A DNA stretch of 62,900 bases, counting the filler, from Dicyema japonicum (Eukaryota > Animalia > Dicyemida): assembly GCA_011109175.1 (NCBI GenBank). It is 5 parts of 5 records of this genome, joined end to end, with 100 filler letters (N's around TTAATTAATTAA, not from the genome) between each part and the next. Parts side by side here need not be neighbours in the genome. Positions count along the whole stretch, not along the records: positions 33,187 to 57,943 come from RDEW01000120.1; positions 58,044 to 60,249 come from RDEW01000022.1; positions 60,350 to 62,900 come from RDEW01000286.1; 2 more parts are not named here. One strand, given 5' to 3'. Shown one piece after another: positions 51,848-62,269 of the stretch. The notes under the pieces are model-generated. The model saw nothing but the letters and a program-made list of their open reading frames with translations. It did not search any database and was not told the origin of the DNA. The translations under genes and the position numbers were made by a program. How positions within the stretch are numbered: the stretch's first letter is position 1; every line of letters begins with the position of its first letter.

Positions 51848-52175
51848 ATGCCACAATCAAACCAAAGATGCTTCATTCAAGATCAGATTTAATATCACGC
51901 ATTAAAGAAAATCCTCGAAGGGGAGATTCCACAGACAAACGACAGATTTCATAGACGAAGGCTGATTAAAAAAGCAGAATCTTTTGTCCTTATTCAGGGG
52001 CACATATATCTAAAGGATGCAAACATCAAGAAATTAGTCATTTCGTTGGACGATACTGAACAGATGACAATGCTTGCCGAACAGATTCATAAAATTAATC
52101 ATTGTGGGCACAACGCATTGGAAAATCTCTCCAAAGAACGATTTTTTATCATTAAAAGAGAAATAAAAACATGTC
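51848..52175 (+). mobile_element. Ginger/gypsy-integrase-like transposase N-terminus, truncated
   Basis: AEQIHKINHCGHNALENLSKERFFIIKREIKTC matches the integrase H-H(-C-C) zinc-binding region. Confidence 0.55.
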
Positions 52176-52199
52176 TAACAATTCGGTGATTAGATAAAC

Positions 52200-52640
52200 T
52201 AGGCACACTAACACACAGTCACTAGCTTTTTGGTTAGGGATGGTTCTATTTTGAATAATTGACAGTATCAAGCACACCGCGGCCGAAGGCCGCATAGGGG
52301 AAGTGTTGCTAATTAAACATTAAAAAATTGGTTAGGGATGGTTCTATTTAAAAAAAGGCAGTAAGAAATCATCAGCCATCTATATCCAAGCCGTAATCCG
52401 ATCCTAAACCCTAGCAGTATATCCTATCCCAAAGTCTGTNTTGAATAATTGACAGTATCAAGCACACCGCGGCCGAAGGCCGCATAGGGGAAGTGTTGCT
52501 AATTAAACATTAAAAAATTGGTTAGGGATGATTCTATCTAAAAAAAGGGAGTAAGAAATCATCAGCCATCTATATCCAAGCCGTAATCCGATCCTAAACC
52601 CTAGCAGTAAATCCTATCCCAAAGTCTGTCCTTAACCCTA
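52200..52640. repeat. Non-autonomous element with perfect gcggcc-gaa-ggccgc hairpin (Helitron/Helentron-like), duplicated at an n join
   Basis: Hairpin at about 52279-52293 and 52468-52482; ttagggatgg and cctaaaccct motifs. Confidence 0.45.
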
Positions 52641-53803
52641 TTCTTATTGCCAACTTAAATGTAAAATATTTATAAGACTATAAGATTTTCTATTAATTTA
52701 ATTTAACAGTCTATTTTTTTTAATTTATAAAATTTAAAGCACACTTATATGAAACAAGTTTTTACATATTTTAATGAGAAAGAAATAGTTTGTTAACCAG
52801 CTAAAAGTTTGGTCTAAAGTGCTTTTTAAAATAAGGCGCTTCAATGGTTTTTTCTTAATTGAAAAAAAAACTAAGCTAGCGTCGATTGACATCAGAAGGA
52901 ATTTGACCTGGGAATTTTAATTTGAATTCATAAAACCTACGTTCGAGCCTTGTTTTTCTTTGGAACTTTTCACTCAACCAACACAAATTCAATATTCGAT
53001 CAGGACACTCAACCCTAGTTGTCTATCAACCCTAGTTAAAACGTATGGACTCGAGAATTAGCAAGATCTCGTAATTGATAAGATTTCCTCATTAATAAAA
53101 GAAAAATAAGAATATCAGAAATAGAAAGACATTATCAGTTTTGAACACAAATCAAAAGGAACCTACGCATTGTGGCTGGAGGCTACCTGTTACAATTCTC
53201 AGACTATCGGGATTCACACACGACTCACAACCTGGCTTACGAATGTCTAACATGGGGATCATCTGGGACCGCTTCTATTTAGTTAGACAAAGATGGACCT
53301 CAGTAAATCGTCACTAAATTTGGCTCTCGTTCCCACAGTTCCCGTAAGATTATATGTCATTTTAAATTACTTTATCACAAAATACAATCAAAATGTAAGT
53401 TAACAAGGCCTAACAACAGCTTCGAATGTTGTCAGCTAGACCAAATCAATTGCAGCATAAAAGCATAATTTGTTATACAAGAGTTTCAAAAATATCATCG
53501 CAGCTAGTCAAGTTCTATCTTAGGAGCGTTCAGCTATTATCGTTTAAACAACAACTTCACACTACTGACATAGGTTAAGCTTCAACAGATTTCAGTCAAG
53601 TGCATGAAAAATGTCTGCAAACTGCAAAATTTTCAACGAACTGTTAATTTAAAGATAAATGTTATAAAAATATTTTTTATGTGCGAAAAGAATTGCTTAG
53701 CTTTTCCCTCTGATAAATGAAATCCAAATATATTTCTACGGCCATAATAACTAACGTAGAAATTGAGCAGAAAATGTTTAAAATTATAAAAACTCACAAA
53801 TGG

Positions 53804-53971
53804 CAATGCGCCCAACCGGGAGGACGCGTGGTATAAAGGAAACAAGCTTCGCAAAACAGACCAAGACACAAAAATAAGCATTATATCTTGCCCCGCGTAA
53901 GGGTGTCCCAGATATAAAGCCGGAAAGAACAGATACTACACTTTGATCTTAGCTTAAAGGCCGAAAGCGAT
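53804..53971 (-). ncRNA. U2: U2 snRNA variant or pseudogene lacking the stem-loop IV apex
   Basis: atcgctttcggcctttaagctaagatcaaagtgtagtatctgttctt, stems IIa/IIb, Sm site attttt g. 18-nt deletion relative to the copy at 59019. Confidence 0.9.
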
Positions 53972-53982
53972 AATATTGGAGT

Positions 53983-54038
53983 TGTTGTTGTTGTTGTTGC
54001 ATAACCCCGGTCTCACATTAGGGTATGAGACCGGCGGC
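53983..54038 (-). mobile_element. 56-bp retroposed LINE/SINE 3' end with (CAA)n tail
   Basis: 12-bp TSD taatattggagt (53971-53982, 54039-54050), 9-bp hairpin ccggtctca/tgagaccgg, (caa)5 tail. Confidence 0.85.
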
Positions 54039-54189
54039 TAATATTGGAGTAAATTTCTTTAGACGATAATTATTCTCACAATTAAATAAAGGGTTCTTTT
54101 TTTTATGCACAGTAATAATCATTAGAATTCTAAATTAACTAAGGCTATAAGAAAATGTTCATTACTCTTATTTTTATCATGATTGTTGT

Positions 54190-54870
54190 ATCATAGTGAG
54201 ATATCTTTATGAACGTCGTCGAATCGGCGGGGTGGCAATAACGGAAATAATTTCCAAACAGATGAAGGAATGCTGTGCTTACTCCAAGACCGCGAAAATG
54301 AAAATAAATGTAATCACTGTAATTCGGCAAAAAAGACAGTTGACCACTTCGCCACGAGATGTGGGAGGATGCTCAAGAGCTCATCTCTCAGACGACATAA
54401 CGAAGTCGTGAGGTACTTGCATCTGCACTTATGCAGAAAGTTTGGAATCAGGAAAACCAAGAAACTCAAAATCCATTCAGTTCAAACTGTTGTGGCTNAC
54501 ATAACGAAGTCGTGAGGTACTTGCATCTGCACTTATGCAGAAAGTTTAGAATCAGGAAAACCAAGAGACTCATAATCCATTCAGTTCAATATGTTGTGGC
54601 TAATGAGTTCGCCGAAATAAGCGTAGAAACAACGATCAGAACCGTTGAAAAACTAAAAACGTTTAATCAATCTTCTGAAACATCGGCAATACAAAACATA
54701 TAATCTCTTAGATTTTTTAACGTTTCAGTTCAATATGTTGTGGCTAATGAGTTCGCCGAAATAAGCGTAGAAACAACGATCAGAACCGTTGAAAAACTAA
54801 AAACGTTTAATCAATCTTCTGAAACATCGGCAATACAACACATATAATCTCTTAGATTTTTTAACGTGTG
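54190..54870 (+). mobile_element. R4/Dong-like RLE non-LTR element fragment with local duplications
   Basis: CNHCNSAKKTVDHFATRC..RRHNEVVRYLHLHLCRKFGIRKTKKLKIHSVQ. Confidence 0.8.
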
Positions 54871-55091
54871 TGTTCTCTGATGTGTCACTTTCTTAAAAAT
54901 TTGAAACAAAAAATAATAAAATTTATATTTTGTCTCAATATCCTCCAAATATATCTTGAATTGTCTTCTGATTAAATTAACCACTTGAATGACATGATTT
55001 ATTACATGATTAAAACATAACACCAATTTTCGTAAATTTTCTTGCAGGCCGGATAAAATACCACCACGGGGCGAAGTTTGACTATCCCCTG
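54870..55091 (-). mobile_element. SPIN/Buster-type hAT left end joined to an internal transposase fragment
   Basis: caggggatagtcaaacttcgcccc terminus; NHVIQVVNLIR-RQFKIYLEDIETKY. A second similar terminus lies at about 55285-55335. Confidence 0.65.
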
Positions 55092-56227
55092 CCATAGATC
55101 AAATAAATTTATAAAATTAATATGTTCTAATTCTTTTAATGCTTAACATTCTTATCTGCATAGTCTTATTCCATTTATTCGAAGAAAATATATTTTCCAT
55201 ACTTCTTATATTCGTTGTCGCTGGCAAAATTTTTGAAGGCTTTTTAAATTTGTTGTGCTCACTAATATTGATACATTTTCAATACAGGCCATATAAAATA
55301 CCACTGCGCGGGGTAGTTTGGCCACCTCCTCCTTATAAAATAAATTTGTTTTATTTATTTTAGATTTAATTGCATTAATTAATTTATTTTAAATAAAATT
55401 AATATGTTCTAATTCTTTTAATGATTNNNNNNNNNNNNNNNNNNNNNNNNNNNNNNNNNNNNNNNNNNNNNNNNNNNNNNNNNNNNNNNNNNNNNNNNNN
55501 NNNNNNNNNNNNNNNNNNNNNNNNNNNNNNNNNNNNNNNNNNNNNNNNNNNNNNNNNNNNNNNNNNNNNNNNNNNNNNNNNNNNNNNNNNNNNNNNNNNN
55601 NNNNNNNNNNNNNNNNNNNNNNNNNNNNNNNNNNNNNNNNNNNNNNNNNNNNNNNNNNNNNNNNNNNNNNNNNNNNNNNNNNNNNNNNNNNNNNNNNNNN
55701 NNNNNNNNNNNNNNNNNNNNNNNNNNNNNNNNNNNNNNNNNNNNNNNNNNNNNNNNNNNNNNNNNNNNNNNNNNNNNNNNNNNNNNNNNNNNNNNNNNNN
55801 NNNNNNNNNNNNNNNNNNNNNNNNNNNNNNNNNNNNNNNNNNNNNNNNNNNNNNNNNNNNNNNNNNNNNNNNNNNNNNNNNNNNNNNNNNNNNNNNNNNN
55901 NNNNNNNNNNNNNNNNNNNNNNNNNNNNNNNNNNNNNNNNNNNNNNNNNNNNNNNNNNNNNNNNNNNNNNNNNNNNNNNNNNNNNNNNNNNNNNNNNNNN
56001 NNNNNNNNNNNNNNNNNNNNNNNNNNNNNNNNNNNNNNNNNNNNNNNNNNNNNNNNNNNNNNNNNNNNNNNNNNNNNNNNNNNNNNNNNNNNNNNNNNNN
56101 NNNNNNNNNNNNNNNNNNNNNNNNNNNNNNNNNNNNNNNNNNNNNNNNNNNNNNNNNNNNNNNNNNNNNNNNNNNNNNNNNNNNNNNNNNNNNNNNNNNN
56201 NNNNNNNNNNNNNNNNNNNNNNNNTAG

Positions 56228-56799
56228 TCCATAAGAGCTCAAATATCACGACAAAATCTCCGACTACTTTAGAGAGTAAATTATCTACTGAATAATCGCT
56301 TTTTAGTCCATAAGAGCTCAAATATCACGACAACATTTCCGACTACTTTAGAGAGTAAATTATCTACTGAATAATCGCTTTTTAGTCCATAAGAGCACAA
56401 ATATCACAACAAAATTTCCGACTACATTAGAGAGTGAAATATCTACTCAATAATACCTTTTAGTCAAAAATAGCTCACATGTTCTTACAAAATCTCAAAC
56501 TACAATTGGTAAAAATATTTCTTTATAAATAATATTTTCCAAATCACCTTTTTAGACCGCTCACTTTCTGATTCAAAAGAAAATTCGTCCATTTCAAAAT
56601 GTAAAATATTTGTTATTATTTTGTACATCGGTTCACTTCGGGTCGAGAAAATTCAAATTTGAACGCACTAAATGTGAAAACATCTAAAATGCTTTATTTC
56701 ATACCTATTGGTATTACAATTTTGACAATCTGTGTCATTGTCGTCGTTATAATGAGAAAAAGAAGAATATCGTTTAAATTGAATAATTTAGAACGGTAA
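56228..56799 (+). CDS. 3' part of a mucin-like type I membrane protein; ectodomain from tandem 79-bp exon+intron units
   Basis: Exons 56228-56275, 56307-56354, 56386-56433 (48 nt, phase 1) encode HKSSNITTKSPTTLE-type repeats. Last exon has YFIPIGITILTICVIVVVIM then RKRR and TAA 56797-56799. Last acceptor reads AC. 5' part lies in the gap. Confidence 0.7.
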
Positions 56800-57475
56800 T
56801 TTTAAATTCAAATTTTATTTAAAGAAATTTAACTCAGCGGCTGCACCTATGAATTTAAACTAAATTAATAATAAATTATTAATACTAACAAACATTTCAC
56901 GCGTTTATTATTTTCATTTTTTATTTTTTCATATCGATGTCAGAAATAAATTGGTTAATTATATTAATGAAGAAAATGTATATCGATATCAGAAAAGATA
57001 GTCAACTTTAATGCATTTTTTCCAAAAACAATTTTTTGTGAAAGAATATTTTGATACCAACAACAAAAATTTTTATTTTAAATAAATAAGAGAGGCTGTT
57101 ATGAGGAAAATCCTTTTATGACAGCAATATGTCATTAACATTTAAAATAATGTACTTTTCCATGTTCTAAATTTTTGTATTGTTCCCTGTTTTTTGAATA
57201 TGTATTATTTTTGGTTAGGATTCTGTTTTCTCTTTTATGACAAAATATATACAGTCTAAACCAGCCCTGCCCAAGGGGAGGCAGTGCCCCCCTTTGGGAG
57301 ACACAGAACATTTTAGGGGAGCCACAGAAAAATTCAGATCTTGAATAAAAAAAATTATGAAAATTAACATATAATTTTAAGAAGCATACTTTGTCTCATT
57401 AATTTCTCTCTCTTTTTTCGGTTTTAATTATAGGACGAGAGAACACACGAAAATTAGATTAATTATTATTACTAA

Positions 57476-57943
57476 CTAGCTCGGCAGCTCGCTTCGCTCA
57501 CCGCGACCTAGCTCCTGCGGAGGGCCTGTTTTACCAAACAACTATAAGTTTATGCAGATATATAAAACGACCTGGTTTGATGTAACCCTATTCTAACGCC
57601 TGTTGATAAACGATGTTTGTCGTCCATCCTTCCTTCGCATATATGAATAAATTTTCTCTTCTGCCTACCCTCGAGCATCCCACATACAGCTGTCCATGTG
57701 AAAAGCAGTCGCTTTCTAAAAATAAGCCAACTACCTTTAATGACTGTCCCTGGGGCTTGTTTATTGTCATCGCAAAACTCATCCTCAACGCAAATTGCAG
57801 CCTTTTAAATCTAAACGGTAATCATCGGAATTTGTAGTGCATCCTCACCTCTATACTTACCTGTTAATATCGTCGCTTCTATTACGTTAGCCATCAAATT
57901 TTTGATAACTAACCTCGTTCCGTTGCATAATTTAGGTGGCGCA
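57476..57943 (-). mobile_element. Helitron 3' end with helicase C-terminus
   Basis: PPKLCNGTRLVI, FAMTINKPQGQSL, FSHGQLYVGCSRVG; imperfect GC hairpin then terminal CTAG followed by T (plus 57476-57479). Confidence 0.9.
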
Positions 57944-58043
57944 NNNNNNNNNNNNNNNNNNNNNNNNNNNNNNNNNNNNNNNNNNNNTTAATTAATTAAN
58001 NNNNNNNNNNNNNNNNNNNNNNNNNNNNNNNNNNNNNNNNNNN
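57944..58043. other. Artificial scaffold spacer
   Basis: N-run + TTAATTAATTAA (57988-57999) + N-run. Confidence 0.95.
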
Positions 58044-58830
58044 AGTGTTTTCCTCCTTAGTACATCTTCAGCGTCTCCTAGTAGAGAGCCGAGCTTATTA
58101 GTACGTCTCCATCTTTTATGAGTAATATCGTCTTTTCTTTTGATTTCCGTAATTTCAGTTTTGTTAACATTTACGCTGAGAAACCATTTCTCAAGCTCCG
58201 CAGGTGCATTTTCTAGTAGGTGTTGGAGTGCGGTCACGTCTCGTGATACGAAATCCACATCATCCGCATAAGATGTCTCTTCTATGTCTCCTATGTAGCA
58301 TTTACGGAGATCGCGGAGTGCAGATTCAAGGTATATGGTGAATAGTAGAGTGGAGAGGAAATCACCCTGGGGTGTCCCAATCGTTGGTTTGAAACTGGGG
58401 GAAGTTGCTCCTTCTGTCTTCACAGATAGTCTTGTGTTCGCAAGTAGTAGTCTGATTATCCTAACCGACAATTCATCCAATATTTGCTCAAGCACATTCA
58501 TCATTTTCTGTCTGTTTATTGAGTCGAAAGCTCTGGAGAGATCTATTCCCAACACGGTAGTTGCGCTCTTGAATCTTTGGTGCGTTGCGCAGCGCCATCT
58601 GTGGCTCCATACAATGTCTACCGTAGACCTCCCTTCTCGGAACCACTTTGATTTGATGGTCCGCCACAACCTTTATCCGGCTTAGTGCAATGTTTGCCAG
58701 CACCTTGAGTATCGAATTCAGAAGTATTATCGGGCGGAGATTTTCTACTGGTCCATTTGATTTGTTCGGTTTTTGTATGGGTATTAATAATCTATTTCCA
58801 AGTCCTAGATCGGTATTAAAATAGTGCACG
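58044..58830 (-). mobile_element. RTE-like LINE RT fragment
   Basis: ENLRPIILL, GIDLSRAFDSI, GTPQGDFLSTLLF, YADDVDF. Confidence 0.9.
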
Positions 58831-59018
58831 AATTCTAAGAGTAAGAAACGAAAATCGAAAATATAAAAATTTGTTAATATCGTTAATTAAAATAAAATAT
58901 GAATAATATTTATAAACGTGACTCAAATAATTATATCAAAAGTTCAAAGCATTTATAACGATAATGTTGACAGCTATTTTAACTGATAATAATTTTTATA
59001 CGTGTTCTAAAAAAATTT

Positions 59019-59204
59019 GTCGCTTCTCGGCCTTTTGGCTAAGATCAAAGTGTAGTATCTGTTCTTTCCAGCTTTATATCTGGGACGCCCTTACAAGGGG
59101 CAAGATATAATGCTTATTTTTGTAACCTGGTGTGTGTTGCGAAGCTTGCTTCCGCCATACCGCGCGTCCTCCCAGTATTGCAGTACTTCTGGGTTGGGCG
59201 CATG
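59019..59204 (+). ncRNA. U2: U2 spliceosomal snRNA
   Basis: tcgcttctcggccttttggctaagatcaaagtgtagtatctgttctt; IIa ccag/ctgg; IIc complement agatataa; Sm site attttt g; SL IV cccag-tattgcagtactt-ctggg. First base is G rather than A. Confidence 0.95.
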
Positions 59205-60250
59205 GCCCCTTTTGGGGTTTTTTCTATGCTGAAAATTTAGCTTATTGTTATTTATCCACATTTTATAGGCATCCCAATTGTTAGGCTTAGCCAAAAAATC
59301 ATGGCTTGCTAGCAGATTGATGAAGTGGAAAAATTGCTGACCGAATAAATAGAGGCCTCACATCCGGATAAAATCGCAACCTCTAGCCAAGTTGGATTCA
59401 TCTCAGGGCTTAGGAGATCATAGACTGTTTTGTTAGCAATTTTAGACGATAAGGATCTGAATACATTTTTAATTGTAATCTCCAGCATTCTGTAAGCAAA
59501 CAATTTGGATAAAATTAATAGTTTACATACTTAGTCTTGTCTTTTCATGGACAAAGGAACCACGACAAAATTGCGGAAACCTCAACAATTGAGTAAGAAA
59601 GACCAAATGATCTTTTTTTGTTCTATCTTGGCACTGGGTATCACCAATGCTTAGTCTTGTCTTTTCATGGACAAAGGAACCACGACAAAATTGCGGAAAC
59701 CTCAACAATTGAGTAAGAAAGACCAAATGATCTTTTTTTGTTCTATCATGGCACTGGGTATCACCAAAGACAGGTGGATCACTTGAAGTCACTCTAGAAG
59801 AACAAAAGGAAGAACAGAAGATAGTAAGAGAAATCTAGCCACATGGGACAACACCAAAATTCCCAGTGGCAGGACGAGAAAACTAATTAAAGTCCAAATT
59901 GATTAAAGGAAGAACAGAAGATAGTAAGAGAAATCTAGCCACATGGAATAACACCAAAATTCCCAGTGGCAAGACGAGAAAACTAATTAAAGTCCAAATT
60001 GATTTTTAAAATATTTAAAATAAATTAAATTTTTAGTTAATTTTTTTCAATTTATTAACAATTGAAAAAACATAGCTTGTCTGATAAATGATAACAAAGC
60101 AATTGTGTGCACGAGCATTTTCAATAATAAACTCAGTTGCATTACTGGTATCTAAACTTTTAAACTTCAGTGCACAGCAGTTTACTTGTTCAATGTCGGA
60201 AGCGCTTATCTAAAACTCTCCCGTGTTTACTACCTACAGATATTTCGTCN

Positions 60251-60349
60251 NNNNNNNNNNNNNNNNNNNNNNNNNNNNNNNNNNNNNNNNNNNTTAATTA
60301 ATTAANNNNNNNNNNNNNNNNNNNNNNNNNNNNNNNNNNNNNNNNNNNN
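60251..60349. other. Artificial scaffold spacer
   Basis: N-run + TTAATTAATTAA (60294-60305) + N-run. Confidence 0.95.
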
Positions 60350-60372
60350 TTATATAATTTTCAATATTACAG

Positions 60373-60645
60373 GTTCTGTGATTCTCTCTGCTTTCAGCTG
60401 TCGACCCATTTATTCAGCTGTTCTGAAGATAACTCAACTCAGTTTTAACACGAGAAACTGGAACTGTTTTAAAAAGGTGGAAAAACCAAGTTTAAGTGGA
60501 GTAATCATTTTAGATCCGCCGTTGTTTCTATGGCAATCCACCTCTGTGGGAAATTGTTGCTATTCATATCGCTTGTTGGCTCTCTTAAGCTATGGAATCT
60601 GACCTTTGGAAAATCAATTTACATCACAAAGGTGGAGGGAGTAAT
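60373..60645 (+). pseudogene. WD40 fragment resembling PAK1IP1/Mak11, frameshifted
   Basis: THLFSCSEDNS..FNTRNWNCFKK and SAVVSMAIHLCGKLLLFISLVGSLKLWNLTFGKSIY parallel the IHPSGKLAL..LRTWNL..G block. Confidence 0.55.
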
Positions 60646-60739
60646 AATAATAATAATAATAAAGGGATGAGGTTTAATTTATGTATTTATTTAATATTTT
60701 AATTTTTATATATAATTAATTTAAATTATTTTATTTAAT

Positions 60740-60836
60740 ATTTACTCGGGAAACCGAGTGGCTTTTCCAAAGGATATCCCTGGCAGTAGTCAGAGGTAAC
60801 AGCCACTCGATCATATCCGCTGGACTCATTAATTAA
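60740..60836 (+). mobile_element. CRE-clade extreme C-terminus
   Basis: ETEWLFQRISLAVVRGNSHSII. Confidence 0.75.
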
Positions 60837-61454
60837 CTACTCATGTTTCCTAATTTTAGTTAAGAATTTAATAAAAGTATATCATTATTAAAAAAAAATA
60901 TTTACTTATTTTAGCTACGGAAATAAAATGGGCACGTTTGCAAGAAGAGGATTTTATATTCCTGGAGAAATCAAACCACCAATGCTTCTTGAAGCCTTGA
61001 TAAGAATGAACAACGGAACGCGCCTTTGTGACACCGAAGGTCCAGTCACTCAACCGATACGTGCTTGTGTGGGGACGAGGGAGGAGCATCGGGCCAAGAT
61101 GAGGTCCCTTAAGAAAAAAAACGACGGTTTGTTAAGAAAAAAGTATACAATTCTATTTCTGGGGATTTTACTGGGCTGCATACTATGAAATCTAAAAATA
61201 TAAGTTTCGGTCATAAAATAATATACGTTAATAATATTTAATATAGCATTTAAGCATTTAGATGACAAACATACCACAAGAAGCAAAATAAACTTGGTAA
61301 TTTTAAATTAATATAATTTTATATTAATTAATTAGATTAAATATTTTAATTTTATTTATATAAAATTTGTTATTCACACTATTCACAAAACTAGAATAAA
61401 TATTCACAAATCTAAAAAAAACTAAAATAATGAGAAAAACGTTGCGTCATGTGG

Positions 61455-61990
61455 TCTACCAGGTATTAAAGTTCAGTCTCTCCACTCTCAATTCTGCAGA
61501 TAAACATCAAACGGAATCAAAAGCAAAATTCTCGAACTCGTCTTTAATTAAAGATCAGAACATTGACCTGATTTTACTTCAAGAAAGCAGACTTACTCCA
61601 TCATCAGCTACTCCGCATTTTCCAGGATACCACTGCATCCGCCTGGACCGCTCAAACCGTCGTGGTGGGGGTCTCCTCATCATTATAAGAGATAACATCG
61701 ATTTACGGACATCTCAGCAAACTACAATCACTAATAAACGATGGGACCACGGAAATATCTGAGATATCAAGTGAATTCGCGGAACTCTCAGCATTACAAA
61801 CATCTATGTCCCCCCTCCATCTTCTTGCCCAAAGGATTCTCTCTAAACCTAACCAAGTTAAACAAGCTCGGAAACCTGATATTGTGTGGAGATTTTAATG
61901 CTAAACATCAGCCTGGTTAAATCACATCCAGCAGACTCAAGAGGATTATCCTTATTAAACCACTCATTTCTCTGACTATCCAGTAACATT
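61455..61990 (+). mobile_element. I/Jockey-like APE endonuclease fragment
   Basis: ILLQESRL, FPGYHCIRLDR..GGGLLIII, ILCGDFNAKH. Confidence 0.85.
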
Positions 61991-62269
61991 ATTATGGCAT
62001 TCTTCTTAGACATCACGCCATAAGATGATGTAAAAAATGAAGCAATGTGTACATGTACATTAATTTTGATATTGAACCAAATCTGTGTGAATTGACGATA
62101 TCTTTAAATCTGTTGGTCATTAAACATTATAAAGTAAGAGGGACAAAATAAGTTGACCACGTAAATGATTTAGCTTTTCCAATTTTTATTTTTTTCAGTT
62201 TCAATAAGCGTACCGCCTAACATATAAATTCAAAACATGCGATTGGGGCATAACTATGCCCAAAACTGT

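Noticed and set aside
51242-52629. Duplications at 51242/51336, 51500/51740 and 52250/52441 (also 54400/54500)
   Set aside because: Each sits at an n or short N join; likely unmerged haplotypes or overlaps.
55139-55363. Hydrophobic 74-aa ORF as signal peptide of the mucin-like gene
   Set aside because: Lies between duplicated hAT termini and its 3' part is hAT subterminal sequence; AT-rich DNA gives hydrophobic ORFs by chance.
56225-56510. 79-bp array as CRISPR, satellite or minus-strand LRR
   Set aside because: No unique spacers; 79 is not a multiple of 3 on the minus strand; the plus-strand exon+intron reading explains it.
60645-60662. (TAA)6 as a LINE tail
   Set aside because: It follows a GT donor after the WD40 exon, and the upstream sequence is PAK1IP1-like, not RT.
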